This document shows, in pieces, positions 22,071 through 32,692 of a DNA stretch of 64,000 nt (positions are counted from its first letter, which is position 1; each line of letters opens with the position of its first letter). Position numbers and translations under genes: made by a program. The DNA comes from an uncultured Verrucomicrobiae bacterium. Lineage in GTDB: Bacteria > Verrucomicrobiota > Verrucomicrobiia > Chthoniobacterales > UBA10450. The stretch covers positions 1,312,001 to 1,376,000 of the forward strand of contig CAVTMK010000002.1 in NCBI GenBank assembly GCA_963735805.1. The letters are read 5' to 3'. The notes under the pieces were generated by a model that searched no databases, was not told the origin of the DNA, and was given only the letters and a program-made list of their open reading frames with translations.

Positions 22071-22880
22071 GTGACCAAGCTAGACACTCTGGGGATCATC
22101 GCCGGCAACGGGATGTATCCACGATTGCTCGCCGATGCGGCGCGAAAAGCCGGCGTAAAAAAAATAATTGCTGCGGCGTTCACTGGCGAGACCGATCCAG
22201 GCCTTACTCAATATGTTGATCTGACCGAGTGGATGCGCGTTGGACAACTGAATCGGTTATTAAAATTTTTTAGCCAACACGAAGTTCACCAGGCAATCAT
22301 GGCGGGACAAATCGCGCCGAAAAATCTTTTCGATCTGCGTCCGGATTTGAAAGCGTTGATGCTGCTGGGCAAACTGAAACAACGCAACGCTGAATCCATC
22401 TTTGCCGCGATTGCAGATGAACTGGGCAAGATCGATGTCGTCCTTTTGCCGGCGACGACTTTTCTGGAGGACTCTCTTGCCTGTGCCGGATTGATTGCCG
22501 GAACAACGCTTAGTCGGGGTGAGGTGGAAGATGTCGATTTGGGCTGGAAAATCGCGAAAGAAATCGCGCGACTCGACATTGGGCAGACCGTCATCGTGAA
22601 GAACGGAACAGTCGTTGCGGTGGAAGCGTTTGAGGGAACGAATGACGCGATCAAACGTGGCGGCGCGCTCGCGCGCGAAGGCGCGGTCATGGTCAAAGTC
22701 GCCAAGCCGAACCAGGACATGCGTTTCGATGTGCCGGTGATCGGTGTTGAAACGATTCGCATCGCTTCCGACGCGAAACTGCGGGTGGTAGCGGTTGAAG
22801 CTGGCAAAACTTTGCTCCTGGAACGCGATGCGATCGCCAAGCTCGCCGATCATTCGAAGATATCGATCGTTGCTCGTTAG
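22071..22880 (+). CDS. lpxI: UDP-2,3-diacylglucosamine diphosphatase LpxI
   Basis: 'LGIIAGNGMYP', 'LDIGQTV', 'VEAFEGT', 'KPNQDMRFDVPVIG'; GTG start chosen. Confidence 0.9.
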   Translation: MTKLDTLGIIAGNGMYPRLLADAARKAGVKKIIAAAFTGETDPGLTQYVDLTEWMRVGQLNRLLKFFSQHEVHQAIMAGQIAPKNLFDLRPDLKALMLLGKLKQRNAESIFAAIADELGKIDVVLLPATTFLEDSLACAGLIAGTTLSRGEVEDVDLGWKIAKEIARLDIGQTVIVKNGTVVAVEAFEGTNDAIKRGGALAREGAVMVKVAKPNQDMRFDVPVIGVETIRIASDAKLRVVAVEAGKTLLLERDAIAKLADHSKISIVAR

Positions 22881-22945
22881 TTTGGCTTTCGGTTTTCCAG
22901 TTTGGGACTTGGCACCTCTGCGCTCGAGAAGTGACTCTTTTGCTA

Positions 22946-22961
22946 TAGGACTTTGGTCTTA
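22946..22961. promoter_or_regulatory. 16-bp palindromic operator (TAGGACTTTGGTCTTA)
   Basis: Member of the recurring motif; followed directly by TTGTTG-N16-TAACCT. Confidence 0.7.
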
Positions 22962-23155
22962 TTGTTGGCCTTAACGCGTAGGATAACCTCAAACGAAGAT
23001 GTCCCGATTCCATGTGTACGGTCATTCTCGAATGAATCGATCGAGCCTCGGCAGAGCGAGGCACGTCCACAAAGCGGAGACCGCTGAGTTTCACTGGTCC
23101 AGTTCGCGGACCATTCAAACTATGCAAGCGCGAACAAGACAAGAAACCAAAACCC

Positions 23156-23449
23156 ATGAACATAATCAGTCTGATCATTGAAGCAGTAAGCGGAGCGGTC
23201 GGTGGCAACATCGCTGGCGCAGCGATGAAAGAGAACAGCCTCGGCACCGCGGGGAACTCCATCGCAGGAATCGTTGGCGGCGGTCTCGGCGGCGTGCTTG
23301 TCCAAAGCATAATGGGCGGCGCAGCGGCTGGCGGTGGCTCGCTGGATCTGAGCACCATACTTAGCAATGTCGCCGGCGGCGGAGTCGGTGGCGCCATTCT
23401 CATGGCTGTCATCGGCCTGATCAGGAACGCGATGGCGAAAAAAAGTTAA
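23156..23449 (+). CDS. Small glycine-rich membrane protein
   Basis: Gly-zipper-like hydrophobic helices (GAVGGNIAG, GIVGGGLGG, GGGVGGAIL). Confidence 0.75.
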   Translation: MNIISLIIEAVSGAVGGNIAGAAMKENSLGTAGNSIAGIVGGGLGGVLVQSIMGGAAAGGGSLDLSTILSNVAGGGVGGAILMAVIGLIRNAMAKKS

Positions 23450-23517
23450 CGATCGCGGGCAATTTCGAGACTGGGACAGGCTCGACTCCTGACAACGTTT
23501 AAACTAGAAGACTTATC

Positions 23518-23928
23518 ATGACACCCACACTACGTACATCAAACGTTGTTATCTTCTTCGCTGCGGTAGCCGGAGCGATTCTATTGGCCGGTTGCGCCAG
23601 CATGGGATCAGCCAACACCACATCCTTGCTCACTGCGGCGGGCTTTCGCGCGCGCACGCCGCAAACGCCAAGACAACAGCAAATGTATGCTGCCCTGCCA
23701 CCTTACCAAGTACAGCGGGCGACAGTGCCAGGAAAAGGGGTCTTTTACGTTTATAAAGACCAGAACGCAGGCCTGGCGTATATCGGCCGTGAAGCAGAGT
23801 ACCAACGTTACCAACAGTTAGCCATCCAGCAGCAGATCGCCCAAAACTATTACACCGCGGCGGAGATGGAACGCGCCGCAGCCTGGCAATGGTACGGGGC
23901 ATGGGGGCCGCGAGCGTTCTGGTGGTAA
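23518..23928 (+). CDS. Hypothetical lipoprotein
   Basis: Lipobox 'LLAGC'. Confidence 0.75.
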   Translation: MTPTLRTSNVVIFFAAVAGAILLAGCASMGSANTTSLLTAAGFRARTPQTPRQQQMYAALPPYQVQRATVPGKGVFYVYKDQNAGLAYIGREAEYQRYQQLAIQQQIAQNYYTAAEMERAAAWQWYGAWGPRAFWW

Positions 23929-24072
23929 AGGGGGAATATTCACAAATAAATCGATCACAACTTTAGAGTAAATTTTCGGTACGGCCTGGCGCCAAACGCT
24001 GCAAACAAATCCGGTGCGATAAATAGGGAACTAAAAGAGTAGTCGCTTAAACTCACCTCCGCGTGTTGTTTT

Positions 24073-24528
24073 ATGAGTACCCAGGGAAAGGCAATCTCGG
24101 TAACGAAACGGCCACCGGAATTCATTCGCAAGAATTTTCCGCGCACCTGGTATCATGCGAGGTGGCGCCTTCTTACGTGGTTTCCGCGCGGTGTGCTTAA
24201 TGAGGCATTCGCAGATCAGGTGATCAAATTCGTCGAAATGGAGGAGCGCATTCAGGAAACTCCATTCGATCGCTACCTGGACTTATCTGGACTCACTTAC
24301 ATCCGGATAGGAATAGATCATATCATCCATACGGCGCGCCGACGCCGCACAGTGAAACAACCGGTCAAGACGGCATTGTTCGCAGACAACCCAATGAGCT
24401 TTGGCGTCGCGCACTCGTACGAATTGCTAATGTGCGACGCGATGATCGAAGTCCGCGCTTTTAAAGAACGCACTGCCGTGGCGGATTGGCTCGAGGTACC
24501 GCTGAAGACACTTGGATGCCCATTGTGA
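24073..24528 (+). CDS. Small STAS/SEC14 (SpoIIAA-like) family protein, paralog 1
   Basis: Shares the 'W.PRG.L', 'PF.R..D.S', 'VK.A..A' and 'F......WL.VP' motifs with four other ORFs here; the fold is inferred. Confidence 0.65.
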   Translation: MSTQGKAISVTKRPPEFIRKNFPRTWYHARWRLLTWFPRGVLNEAFADQVIKFVEMEERIQETPFDRYLDLSGLTYIRIGIDHIIHTARRRRTVKQPVKTALFADNPMSFGVAHSYELLMCDAMIEVRAFKERTAVADWLEVPLKTLGCPL

Positions 24529-24598
24529 AACGAACCAAAGGTAATTACTAAACCACCCATCAACGATCGGCATCGAATAAAAAAACGAACCCATACTC

Positions 24599-26206
24599 AT
24601 GAAAATAAAACCAATCCTGATTCTACTCACTCTGCTCGCAACCATTCTTGGCTCGCCGACTACCATCCTCGCACAAGCAAAGAAGCCGAACATCCTCGTC
24701 ATAATGGGCGATGACATCGGGTGGTACAACCCGAGCTGCTACAACAGTGGCATCATGGGTTACCGCACTCCTAACATCGATCGCATCGCGGCTGAGGGCG
24801 CGCGGTTTACCGATTGGTATGGGCAGCAGAGCTGCACGGCGGGACGCGCGGCGTTCGTCACCGGACAATCGCCCATCCGCACCGGACTGACGAAAGTCGG
24901 CTTGCCGGGCGCGGATATCGGCCTGCAACCCGAAGATCCGAGTGTCGCCGACTTCATGAAGAACCTCGGCTACGCGACCGGGCAGTTCGGGAAGAACCAT
25001 CTGGGAGACCTAAACAAATTCCTGCCGACGGTGCACGGCTTCGATGAATTCTTCGGCAATCTTTATCATCTAAACGCAGAAGAGGAGCCGGAGAATCCCG
25101 ACTACCCGAAGGATCCTGCGTTTAGGAAGAAATTCGGCCCGCGTGGGGTCATGCACACCTGGGCCACCGACACCGACGACACCACTGTTGATCCGCAGTT
25201 CGGCAAAGTCGGCAAACAGAAGATCGAGAACACCGGCCCGCTCACCATCGAGCGAATGAAAACCATCGACGACGAGTTCACTGATGCCGCCCTGGCATGG
25301 ATGGACAAGCAGGCCAAGGCCAGCAAGCCGTTCTTCTGCTACTACAATTCCACCCGCATGCACGTTTTCACGCACCTCAAGAAAGAGAGCGAAGGCAAGA
25401 CGGGCCTGGGGCTTTATCCCGACGGCATGGTCGAACACGACGGCCACGTCGGCCAGCTTCTCAAAAAGCTCGACGACCTCGGCATCGCCGACAACACAAT
25501 CGTCGTTTACACCACCGACAACGGCGCCGAAGTCTTCACCTGGCCCGATGGCGGCACTACGCCGTTTAAGGGTGAGAAAGCGACTGGATGGGAAGGCGCC
25601 TTCCGGGTGCCGACGCTCATCCGCTGGCCCGGGGTGATCAAACCAGGCGAAGTGATCAACGATGTCTGCGCCCATGAGGATTTGCTTCCCACCTTCGCCG
25701 CCGCTGCGGGCGAGCCCGACCTCGTCGCCAAGGTAATGAAGGGCTATCAGGCCAACGGCAAGACCTTCAAGGTGCACCTCGATGGCTATAACCTCATGCC
25801 GTTCCTGAAGGGCGAGGTGAACGAGTCGCCGCGGAAGGAATTCATCTACTGGTCCGACGACGGCGACCTGATGGCCATCCGCTACGAGAATTGGAAAGCC
25901 GCGTTCTTCGAGCAACACACGGAGATCTCCCCCAAGACGCCGGTCGGCGTGTGGCAGGGTCAGTTCACCAAGCTACGCCTCCCGAACTTGTATAACCTGC
26001 GTAGCGATCCATTCGAGCGCGGCCCGACGAGCATCTACTACGGCGACTGGATGGCTCACCGGGCGTTCATCCAGGTCCCGATGCAGGTGTTCGCCACCAA
26101 GTGGCTGGAGAGCTTCAAAGAGTTCCCTCCGCGCCAGAAACCCGCGAGCTTCAATCTCGACGAAGTGATGCGGAAGATATCGGAGCCAGGCAAGGGGAGC
26201 AACTGA
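24599..26206 (+). CDS. Secreted arylsulfatase (Cys-type, CTAGR)
   Basis: Signal peptide, 'KPNILVIMGDDIG', 'SCTAGRAAFVTG', 'GKNHLG', 'TDNG'. Confidence 0.93.
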   Translation: MKIKPILILLTLLATILGSPTTILAQAKKPNILVIMGDDIGWYNPSCYNSGIMGYRTPNIDRIAAEGARFTDWYGQQSCTAGRAAFVTGQSPIRTGLTKVGLPGADIGLQPEDPSVADFMKNLGYATGQFGKNHLGDLNKFLPTVHGFDEFFGNLYHLNAEEEPENPDYPKDPAFRKKFGPRGVMHTWATDTDDTTVDPQFGKVGKQKIENTGPLTIERMKTIDDEFTDAALAWMDKQAKASKPFFCYYNSTRMHVFTHLKKESEGKTGLGLYPDGMVEHDGHVGQLLKKLDDLGIADNTIVVYTTDNGAEVFTWPDGGTTPFKGEKATGWEGAFRVPTLIRWPGVIKPGEVINDVCAHEDLLPTFAAAAGEPDLVAKVMKGYQANGKTFKVHLDGYNLMPFLKGEVNESPRKEFIYWSDDGDLMAIRYENWKAAFFEQHTEISPKTPVGVWQGQFTKLRLPNLYNLRSDPFERGPTSIYYGDWMAHRAFIQVPMQVFATKWLESFKEFPPRQKPASFNLDEVMRKISEPGKGSN

Positions 26207-26396
26207 CGGGCGTGATTCGTCGCAGGCTTGGCTCTGTGCCAGCCCCACAACTAAAGATTTAGAGGAGATTAACGATGAGACCGAAACTCATCCATCGCAC
26301 ATTGGTTTTCGGTCTGTCCGTGTTATCGCGTTGTTCAAGTCCTTCCTCAGTAAAGCTGTCGTTACGGCAGCAGTAATTACAATTGAAAATTAGACC

Positions 26397-27869
26397 ATGA
26401 AACCTACGCTCACGTTTGTTGCCGCGCTTTGCTGCCTGGCGTGCTTGACGGCATCTACAGCGAACCAACCCAACATTATTTTTATCATGGCCGATGATTT
26501 GGGCAACGCCGACATCGGTTACCACGGCGGTGAGGTTAAGACGCCGAACATCGATAAACTGGCGGCAGAAGGCGTCCGCCTGGAATCGTTCTATGGCATG
26601 CCTGTCTGCACTCCGTCACGGGCCTCCTTGATGACAGGCCGTTACGCCATGCGTTACGGTCTTCAGACGCTGGTGATCTTTCCGAGCCACACCTATGGCC
26701 TGCCGACTGACGAGAGGACACTGCCGCAAGCGTTGAAGGAGGCCGGCTACCAGACCTATATGGTTGGCAAATGGCACCTCGGCCACGCGGACAAAAAGTA
26801 TTGGCCGCAAAATCGCGGGTTCGACTATTTCTATGGCAACGTCGTCGGCGAAGTGGACTACTTCACTCGTGAGCGCGGCGGAGTAATTGACTGGCAGCGC
26901 AACGGAAAGTTCCTTAAGGAGAACGGTTACTACACAACGCTCATCGGGGACGATGCAGTGAAGCTGATCAATCAGCAGGATCCCTCCAAGCCGTTCTTTC
27001 TCTACCTTGCCTCGCTTGCGCCGCATGCACCGTTTCAAGCACCGGAGGAATGTCTCAAGCGCTACCCCGACATTCAGGACAAAGAACGCCGCGAATATTG
27101 CGCCATGATCTCGTGCCTGGACGATCAAGTCGGGCGCCTGGTTGAAGCTCTCGACAAGAAAGGCCTACGCAACAACACGCTGATCTTTTTCGCAAGCGAT
27201 AACGGCGGAGCGACCACTGGCATGTTTGCCCAAGGCGCCAAAAGCAACGAAGAACGCGCGCACGAGGAAGGCGGTATCGCGCAGAATGCGAAAGCGCCTG
27301 CTTCCAATGGCCAGTTGCGCGGCGGCAAAGGCAGCTTGTACGAAGGCGGCGTGCGCGTGCCCGCCTTTGCCAACTGGCCAGGGAAACTAAAGCCTGGCGT
27401 GGTCAATGAGCCGGTGCACATGGTGGACATCATGCCGACGCTTCTCGCCCTGGCTGGAGGCAAAGGCAGTCCGGATCATCTTTTCGACGGCAAGGACATC
27501 TGGCCGGTGCTCGCAGAGAGCAAGCCATCGCTACATGATGACATTCTAATCAATGTTGAAGCTTTTCGCGGCGCTATCCGCAAAGGTGACTGGAAGCTCA
27601 TCAAGATTGCTTTGCTTCCTGGTAAGACGGAGCTTTTTAATCTCGCCACGGATCCAGGAGAGAAAACAAACGTCGCCGACCAGCACCCAGACATAGTTGC
27701 CGATCTGGAATCGCGTCTGCTAGCCTATGCTAAACAGCAAAAGCCGAGCATGTGGATCAAGGCTCAGCCCGAGTTTGTCGGTGAACAAGGCAAGACAATC
27801 CTCGATCCGGACTACGACATTGATGACGGCGGCCTACCGCACGAAAAGCCCAACCTGCCAAACCCGTAA
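26397..27869 (+). CDS. Secreted arylsulfatase B-like sulfatase (CTPSR)
   Basis: 'PNIIFIMADDLG', 'CTPSRASLMTGRY', 'GKWHLG', 'SDNGG', 'KGSLYEGGVRVP'. Confidence 0.93.
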   Translation: MKPTLTFVAALCCLACLTASTANQPNIIFIMADDLGNADIGYHGGEVKTPNIDKLAAEGVRLESFYGMPVCTPSRASLMTGRYAMRYGLQTLVIFPSHTYGLPTDERTLPQALKEAGYQTYMVGKWHLGHADKKYWPQNRGFDYFYGNVVGEVDYFTRERGGVIDWQRNGKFLKENGYYTTLIGDDAVKLINQQDPSKPFFLYLASLAPHAPFQAPEECLKRYPDIQDKERREYCAMISCLDDQVGRLVEALDKKGLRNNTLIFFASDNGGATTGMFAQGAKSNEERAHEEGGIAQNAKAPASNGQLRGGKGSLYEGGVRVPAFANWPGKLKPGVVNEPVHMVDIMPTLLALAGGKGSPDHLFDGKDIWPVLAESKPSLHDDILINVEAFRGAIRKGDWKLIKIALLPGKTELFNLATDPGEKTNVADQHPDIVADLESRLLAYAKQQKPSMWIKAQPEFVGEQGKTILDPDYDIDDGGLPHEKPNLPNP

Positions 27870-27939
27870 GACTGAAAATCTTGCCATTACTGCAAAGAGA
27901 ACGAGCATGAAAGAGTGAACCAAGAGGATTGGAAGCCAA

Positions 27940-28371
27940 ATGAAACTTCCGCCTGAAATTGAGTTTCACGAAGGCCTTCGCCTGCTCGTTTATCGGCCGC
28001 GCGGTCTGATCGATGAGGCGGCTATCAATAAAATCGTCGCCGTTATTGAAGATCTCGAGGCCGAAACACAAGAGCCTTTCAATCGATTCTCCGATACATC
28101 GGACACCCATGAAGTCGAACTCAACTTCAAGTACGTTATTCGCGTGTCTCTTCATCTGCGTCTTTCTCACCAAGGTCGTGCGCCGGTGAAGTCAGCGATT
28201 CTCGCCACCGACTCAACCCTTGTTCATTATGCACGGTTACTCTCTTTACTGACTCAAGGTTCGCCGATCAAGGTACAGCTATTCCAGGAGCGCAAAGAAG
28301 CCGCACAATGGCTCGGTGTCCCGCTTGGACTGCTGGCGGCGAAGCCACCGACCGCCGACCGTTCTGAATGA
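27940..28371 (+). CDS. Small STAS/SEC14-like protein, paralog 2
   Basis: First of three tandem paralogs: MKLPP..EFHE..RPRG..PFNRF..KSAILATD..EAAQWLGVP. Confidence 0.75.
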   Translation: MKLPPEIEFHEGLRLLVYRPRGLIDEAAINKIVAVIEDLEAETQEPFNRFSDTSDTHEVELNFKYVIRVSLHLRLSHQGRAPVKSAILATDSTLVHYARLLSLLTQGSPIKVQLFQERKEAAQWLGVPLGLLAAKPPTADRSE

Positions 28372-28389
28372 ATCAATGGGATACACAAC

Positions 28390-28812
28390 ATGAAGCTTCC
28401 ACCCGATGTCGAGTTTCACGAAGACATTCGTCTGATCGTCTGGAGGCCACGCGGTTTGGTAGACAAGTCGGCTGTCAACAAAATCATAACTGTCATTGGA
28501 GAACTCGAGACCAGGTCAAACGAGCCTTTTAATCGGTTCTCCGACACAGTGAGAGCCGATGCAGTTGATCTGAACTTCGAATACATCATTCACGTTTCTC
28601 TCTATCGCCGTTCCTTCTACGGCAAACGCCCACCGATCAAATCGGCGATTCTCGCCACTGATGCGACCCTTATTCATTACGCCAAGGTCCACGCCTTGCT
28701 GACTCAAGGTTCTCCAATCAACGTCCACGTATTCCATGATCGCAAGGAAGCCGCGCACTGGCTAGGTGTGTCAGTCGCGACACTGATGGCGGACGCGGAT
28801 CTGTATCAGTGA
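28390..28812 (+). CDS. Small STAS/SEC14-like protein, paralog 3
   Basis: Tandem paralog with the same motifs. Confidence 0.75.
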   Translation: MKLPPDVEFHEDIRLIVWRPRGLVDKSAVNKIITVIGELETRSNEPFNRFSDTVRADAVDLNFEYIIHVSLYRRSFYGKRPPIKSAILATDATLIHYAKVHALLTQGSPINVHVFHDRKEAAHWLGVSVATLMADADLYQ

Positions 28813-28902
28813 ATGAACGACCAATGAGAGAACGACGTAAAAGCGAAGCCAATCAAACACCATGGACGAGGAGGATTAAGCTGGGAAGGAAACGGTAAAA
28901 TA

Positions 28903-29325
28903 ATGAAGCTGCCTCTACCGCCTGATCTCGAGTTTCACGAAGAGGTTTGTCTGCTGATTCATAGGCCTCGCGGTGTTCTGAACAAGGCGGCTATTAACAA
29001 ACTCATAAGTGTAATCGGAGAACTCGAATTCACCTTGAAGAAACCTTTCAATCGTTTCCTGGACGTGGTCGCAGCCGATTCAGTTCATCTCAATTTGGAA
29101 TACATCCGCCGCGTTTCTGTTTATCGCCGTCGCTTCTACGGCAATCGCCCGGCCATAAAGACGGCGATTCTCGCGACCGATTCTACCGTGGCTGATTATG
29201 GGCGCTTGCATGCCTCACTAACTCAAGATTCGCCGATCAACGTTCGCGTATTCGAGAATCGAAAGGAAGCCGCGCAATGGCTAGGCGTCCCGCTCGAACT
29301 GCTGGCGCAGAAAGATCATTCATGA
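28903..29325 (+). CDS. Small STAS/SEC14-like protein, paralog 4
   Basis: Tandem paralog with the same motifs. Confidence 0.75.
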   Translation: MKLPLPPDLEFHEEVCLLIHRPRGVLNKAAINKLISVIGELEFTLKKPFNRFLDVVAADSVHLNLEYIRRVSVYRRRFYGNRPAIKTAILATDSTVADYGRLHASLTQDSPINVRVFENRKEAAQWLGVPLELLAQKDHS

Positions 29326-29361
29326 TAGTCAACCCACAAATTATCTGATAAACCTGCCGGC

Positions 29362-30036
29362 ATGAACAAATACATCGTGGAATTTATCGGGACCTTTTTC
29401 CTTGTCCTTACCGTAGGATGCACAGGCATCGGCGCTGGCGCAGGCGTGATTGCGCCGCTCGCTATCGGCGCGTCCTTAATGGTGATGGTGTTTGCCGGAG
29501 GCCACATCTCGGGCGGGCATTACAATCCGGCCGTTACGCTCGGCGTCCTGATTCGTGGCAAAGTAAAACCCGCTGATGTTGTGCCTTATTGGATTGCCCA
29601 ATTTGTTGCGGCAGCGGTTGCAGCGTTTCTCGTGATCAAGGTCCTTCGCCTGGGAGCACCCGTCACAGCAATTACACCTAAGATGGGTCCAGCTTTGCTC
29701 GCTGAGTTTCTGTTTACCTTTGCACTTGTTTACGTCGTGTTGAACACCGCGACCGCGGAGGGCACCTCCGGAAATTCATTTTACGGTCTTGCCATTGGTA
29801 TGACTGTCATGACCGGCGCGTTTGCGGTCGGCGACATTTCAGGCGGCGCGTTCAATCCAGCAGTTGCACTTGGAATAACTGTAATGGGTATCTCAAGCTG
29901 GAATAATATTTGGATGTACTTGGTTGCGGACCTAGTGGGTGGCGCTGTGGCAGCCGCAATTTTCCAGCTGGTCAATCCGCCGATGCAAACCACTCCGATC
30001 GCTACAGACGAGCCCCCCTATGAAACGCCCCGATAG
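29362..30036 (+). CDS. Aquaporin / MIP-family channel
   Basis: Two NPA motifs: 'ISGGHYNPAVT' and 'SGGAFNPAV'. Confidence 0.95.
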   Translation: MNKYIVEFIGTFFLVLTVGCTGIGAGAGVIAPLAIGASLMVMVFAGGHISGGHYNPAVTLGVLIRGKVKPADVVPYWIAQFVAAAVAAFLVIKVLRLGAPVTAITPKMGPALLAEFLFTFALVYVVLNTATAEGTSGNSFYGLAIGMTVMTGAFAVGDISGGAFNPAVALGITVMGISSWNNIWMYLVADLVGGAVAAAIFQLVNPPMQTTPIATDEPPYETPR

Positions 30037-30103
30037 TGTTCATACATCAACTTTGAACAACTTTTTCTTCTGCACAGTTCACAAATCAACCTCAAAGCAA
30101 AAT

Positions 30104-30556
30104 ATGATACAAAACAAATTCATTCTAATCGTCGTTACCTGCTGCGCTTGCATTTCAGCGGCATCTTTGAATGCAGCCACGATTCCCGCCGGAACAACGC
30201 TGACAGTAAGTACAGTTAGTCTCATCAGCTCACAGACCGTCCCGGGAAGAAGCTTCGAAGCAAAGATTGCCCAGGACGTTTCGGTTAAGGGAAATGTTGT
30301 GTTGAAAGCTGGAACCAAAGTGTTTGGAAAGGTCACGGCTTCTCGTGCCAATCCTAGCAAATCGGGGCCACTCACCGTGGCACTGGACTCGATTGATCTA
30401 AATGGACGCAGGATCCCGGTAAAGACGAACAGCATTCAACCGGGAGGCCCTCCACAGACAGCGCGACAGGCACAATACGGACACACCGCTGGAACAACGG
30501 TGGTTAACCCGAAAACCACGCTGCAGTTCCAGCTGTCAGCACCACTCAACCTGTAA
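30104..30556 (+). CDS. Secreted hypothetical protein
   Basis: Signal peptide from ATG 30104; beta-rich body beginning 'TIPAGTTLTV'. Confidence 0.65.
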   Translation: MIQNKFILIVVTCCACISAASLNAATIPAGTTLTVSTVSLISSQTVPGRSFEAKIAQDVSVKGNVVLKAGTKVFGKVTASRANPSKSGPLTVALDSIDLNGRRIPVKTNSIQPGGPPQTARQAQYGHTAGTTVVNPKTTLQFQLSAPLNL

Positions 30557-30640
30557 GTGAGCCGAACAACGGCACTGCAAACAATCAATCGCGCCATTGG
30601 ATCTTTTCTAGCCTGATGCCTGGCTTCATAAAATGATTCT

Positions 30641-31477
30641 ATGAAGCTTAAGTTCTATGGTACGCGGGGCTCCATCCCCGTCTGCGATGCTGGTTTTCAG
30701 CAATTCGGCGGCAATACCACCTGCCTGCAAATCACGTTCACCGATACGAACCGCATCGCCATCATTGACGCTGGCACGGGATTGCGAAATCTGGGAAAAG
30801 ACATGCGAGCTATCGGTCACAAGCAAGACCAAATCGCTATCGCGTTCACGCACTTTCACTGGGACCACATCCAGGGCTTTCCGTTCTTTGCTCCGGCTTA
30901 TGATCCCAGTCAGAAAATCACGCTGCTAACGCTTGGCCGAGACCAGACAGTTGGCAATTTGCGAGAGATTTTCGAAGTCCAAATGCAGGCCGAATATTTC
31001 CCGGTCCAATTGGATCACATGGGTGCCAACTTCGAGTTCCTGCAAATCGCTGATGCCAGCGAACACTTCACCGGCATCAACAATGTCGAAACGGTGGTTA
31101 CCGCTCAGAGGCACAATCATCCGGGCGGAGCGTATAGTTTCCGGATTGAACGAAACGGCAAAGTGCTCGTCGTTTGCACGGATGTCGAGCATGGGGAGCA
31201 GATCGATCTGCGGTTGGTGGAGTTGGCGCGTGGCGCGGACTTGTTAGTTCATGACGCGCAATACACGGCCGAGGAACTGCAGAAACGGCGTGGATGGGGA
31301 CACAGCAGCTTCGATCAAGCAATGCAAGTTGCTGAAATGGCCGGCGTGAAACGTCTGGTCCTGACTCATCACGATCCCGGCCACGACGACGAGTTCCTCG
31401 AGCGTATCGAAAAATTGTGTCAAGAACGGTTCGCCAACGCGGTGCTTGCCCGCGAAGGAATGGAAATCGCGATCTAG
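30641..31477 (+). CDS. MBL-fold metallo-hydrolase (RNase Z/phosphodiesterase-like)
   Basis: 'FYGTRGSIP', 'DAGTG', 'THFHWDHIQG', 'WGHS', 'THHDP'. Confidence 0.9.
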   Translation: MKLKFYGTRGSIPVCDAGFQQFGGNTTCLQITFTDTNRIAIIDAGTGLRNLGKDMRAIGHKQDQIAIAFTHFHWDHIQGFPFFAPAYDPSQKITLLTLGRDQTVGNLREIFEVQMQAEYFPVQLDHMGANFEFLQIADASEHFTGINNVETVVTAQRHNHPGGAYSFRIERNGKVLVVCTDVEHGEQIDLRLVELARGADLLVHDAQYTAEELQKRRGWGHSSFDQAMQVAEMAGVKRLVLTHHDPGHDDEFLERIEKLCQERFANAVLAREGMEIAI

Positions 31478-31636
31478 CAGACAACTCGAAATTACAGTCG
31501 CAATCGGACTGAGGCCCGGAGCGAACTCCTGGTTCTCGGTTACACCACCTTTTCCGCGCGATGGCTGCATCTCGTGAATATGGAAGGAGTCGTTCATGTG
31601 TCTCCGACTATCACCGTCGGCGCATTACGCCTGCTA

Positions 31637-31652
31637 TCAGACCTTGGTCTTA
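31637..31652. promoter_or_regulatory. 16-bp palindromic operator (TCAGACCTTGGTCTTA)
   Basis: Recurring motif, followed by TCGACG-N18-TAGCAT. Confidence 0.65.
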
Positions 31653-31761
31653 TCGACGCTGGCGATATTTCTTCATAGCATCCCCCCAATGACCGCGTTG
31701 TTTTTTCCCACTGCACTCGGCGACAAACATTCGTAAGTACTCCACCAACTGGAAACGAATT

Positions 31762-32670
31762 ATGCGCATTGTAACTGCCACCGTAGGCGCGTTCATCGGT
31801 ATGCTGGGCATGACGCTTCATGCGCAGGATCTCGAGCCGCGCGCTTACAGCAATTCCCCGATCGGTCTTAATTTCGTGATCGCCGGATACGGCTATGCAT
31901 CGGGTACCGTGCTCACCGATCCGTCACTACCGCTGGAGAACGTGAGCAACGAATCACACGTCGGTGTCATCGGTTTCGCCACGACGTTCGGCGCGTTTGG
32001 CCAGACGGGGCAGTTTGGCCTTATCGTGCCCTACGCGTCGATCGCCGCGAAAGGTCTCGTCTTCGGTCTGCCGCATGCGCGTTACGTCGATGGATTTGCG
32101 GATACCGCATTCCGCCTTTCGATGAATTTCGTCGGCGCACCCGCGCTGACGGCAGCAGAGTTCAAGAACTACCACCAGAATTTCATCTCCGGCATGAGTC
32201 TGCGTGTTACCGCGCCGTTGAGTCAATACGACGGGGATAAGCTCGTGAACATTGGCACCAATCGCTGGTCGTTCAAACCCGAGATCGGATTCTCAAAAGC
32301 ATTCGGACCGTGGACAGTTGAACTCGATCCTGGCGTCACTTTTTACACGGATAATCGCGATTTTTTTGGAGGCAAGACACGCGAGTTGGCGCCGCTTTAC
32401 GCTGTGCAATCAGGCATCAGTTACACGTTCGCGCCTGGTGGCTGGGTCGCGCTGAATGCTGGTTATTTCAAAGGCGCACGCACGACAGTCGATGAGGTCG
32501 AAAGCGACATTGAACAGCAAGGAATTCGCTTCGGCGCGACGCTCGTGCTGCCGCTAAACCGTTATCAATCGGTGAAGCTATACAGCATCAGCGGCTACAA
32601 CGCGCATCGCGAGCATGATTTCCAAGCCTTTGGCATCGCGTGGCAATACCGCTGGGGCGGCGGGTTCTGA
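31762..32670 (+). CDS. Outer-membrane 'transporter' (phenol meta-degradation/CoxB-like beta-barrel family)
   Basis: Signal peptide, 'QDLEPRAYSNSPIG', 'NIGTNRWSFKPEIGFS', C-terminal 'WQYRWGGGF'. Confidence 0.75.
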   Translation: MRIVTATVGAFIGMLGMTLHAQDLEPRAYSNSPIGLNFVIAGYGYASGTVLTDPSLPLENVSNESHVGVIGFATTFGAFGQTGQFGLIVPYASIAAKGLVFGLPHARYVDGFADTAFRLSMNFVGAPALTAAEFKNYHQNFISGMSLRVTAPLSQYDGDKLVNIGTNRWSFKPEIGFSKAFGPWTVELDPGVTFYTDNRDFFGGKTRELAPLYAVQSGISYTFAPGGWVALNAGYFKGARTTVDEVESDIEQQGIRFGATLVLPLNRYQSVKLYSISGYNAHREHDFQAFGIAWQYRWGGGF

Positions 32671-32692
32671 GTCGATTCGGGGGCGTAGGTGC

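Noticed and set aside
27867..27883. TAAGACTGAAAATCTTG as another operator copy upstream of the STAS-like triplet
   Set aside because: Spacing is off by one and the right arm is poor, so it was not counted.
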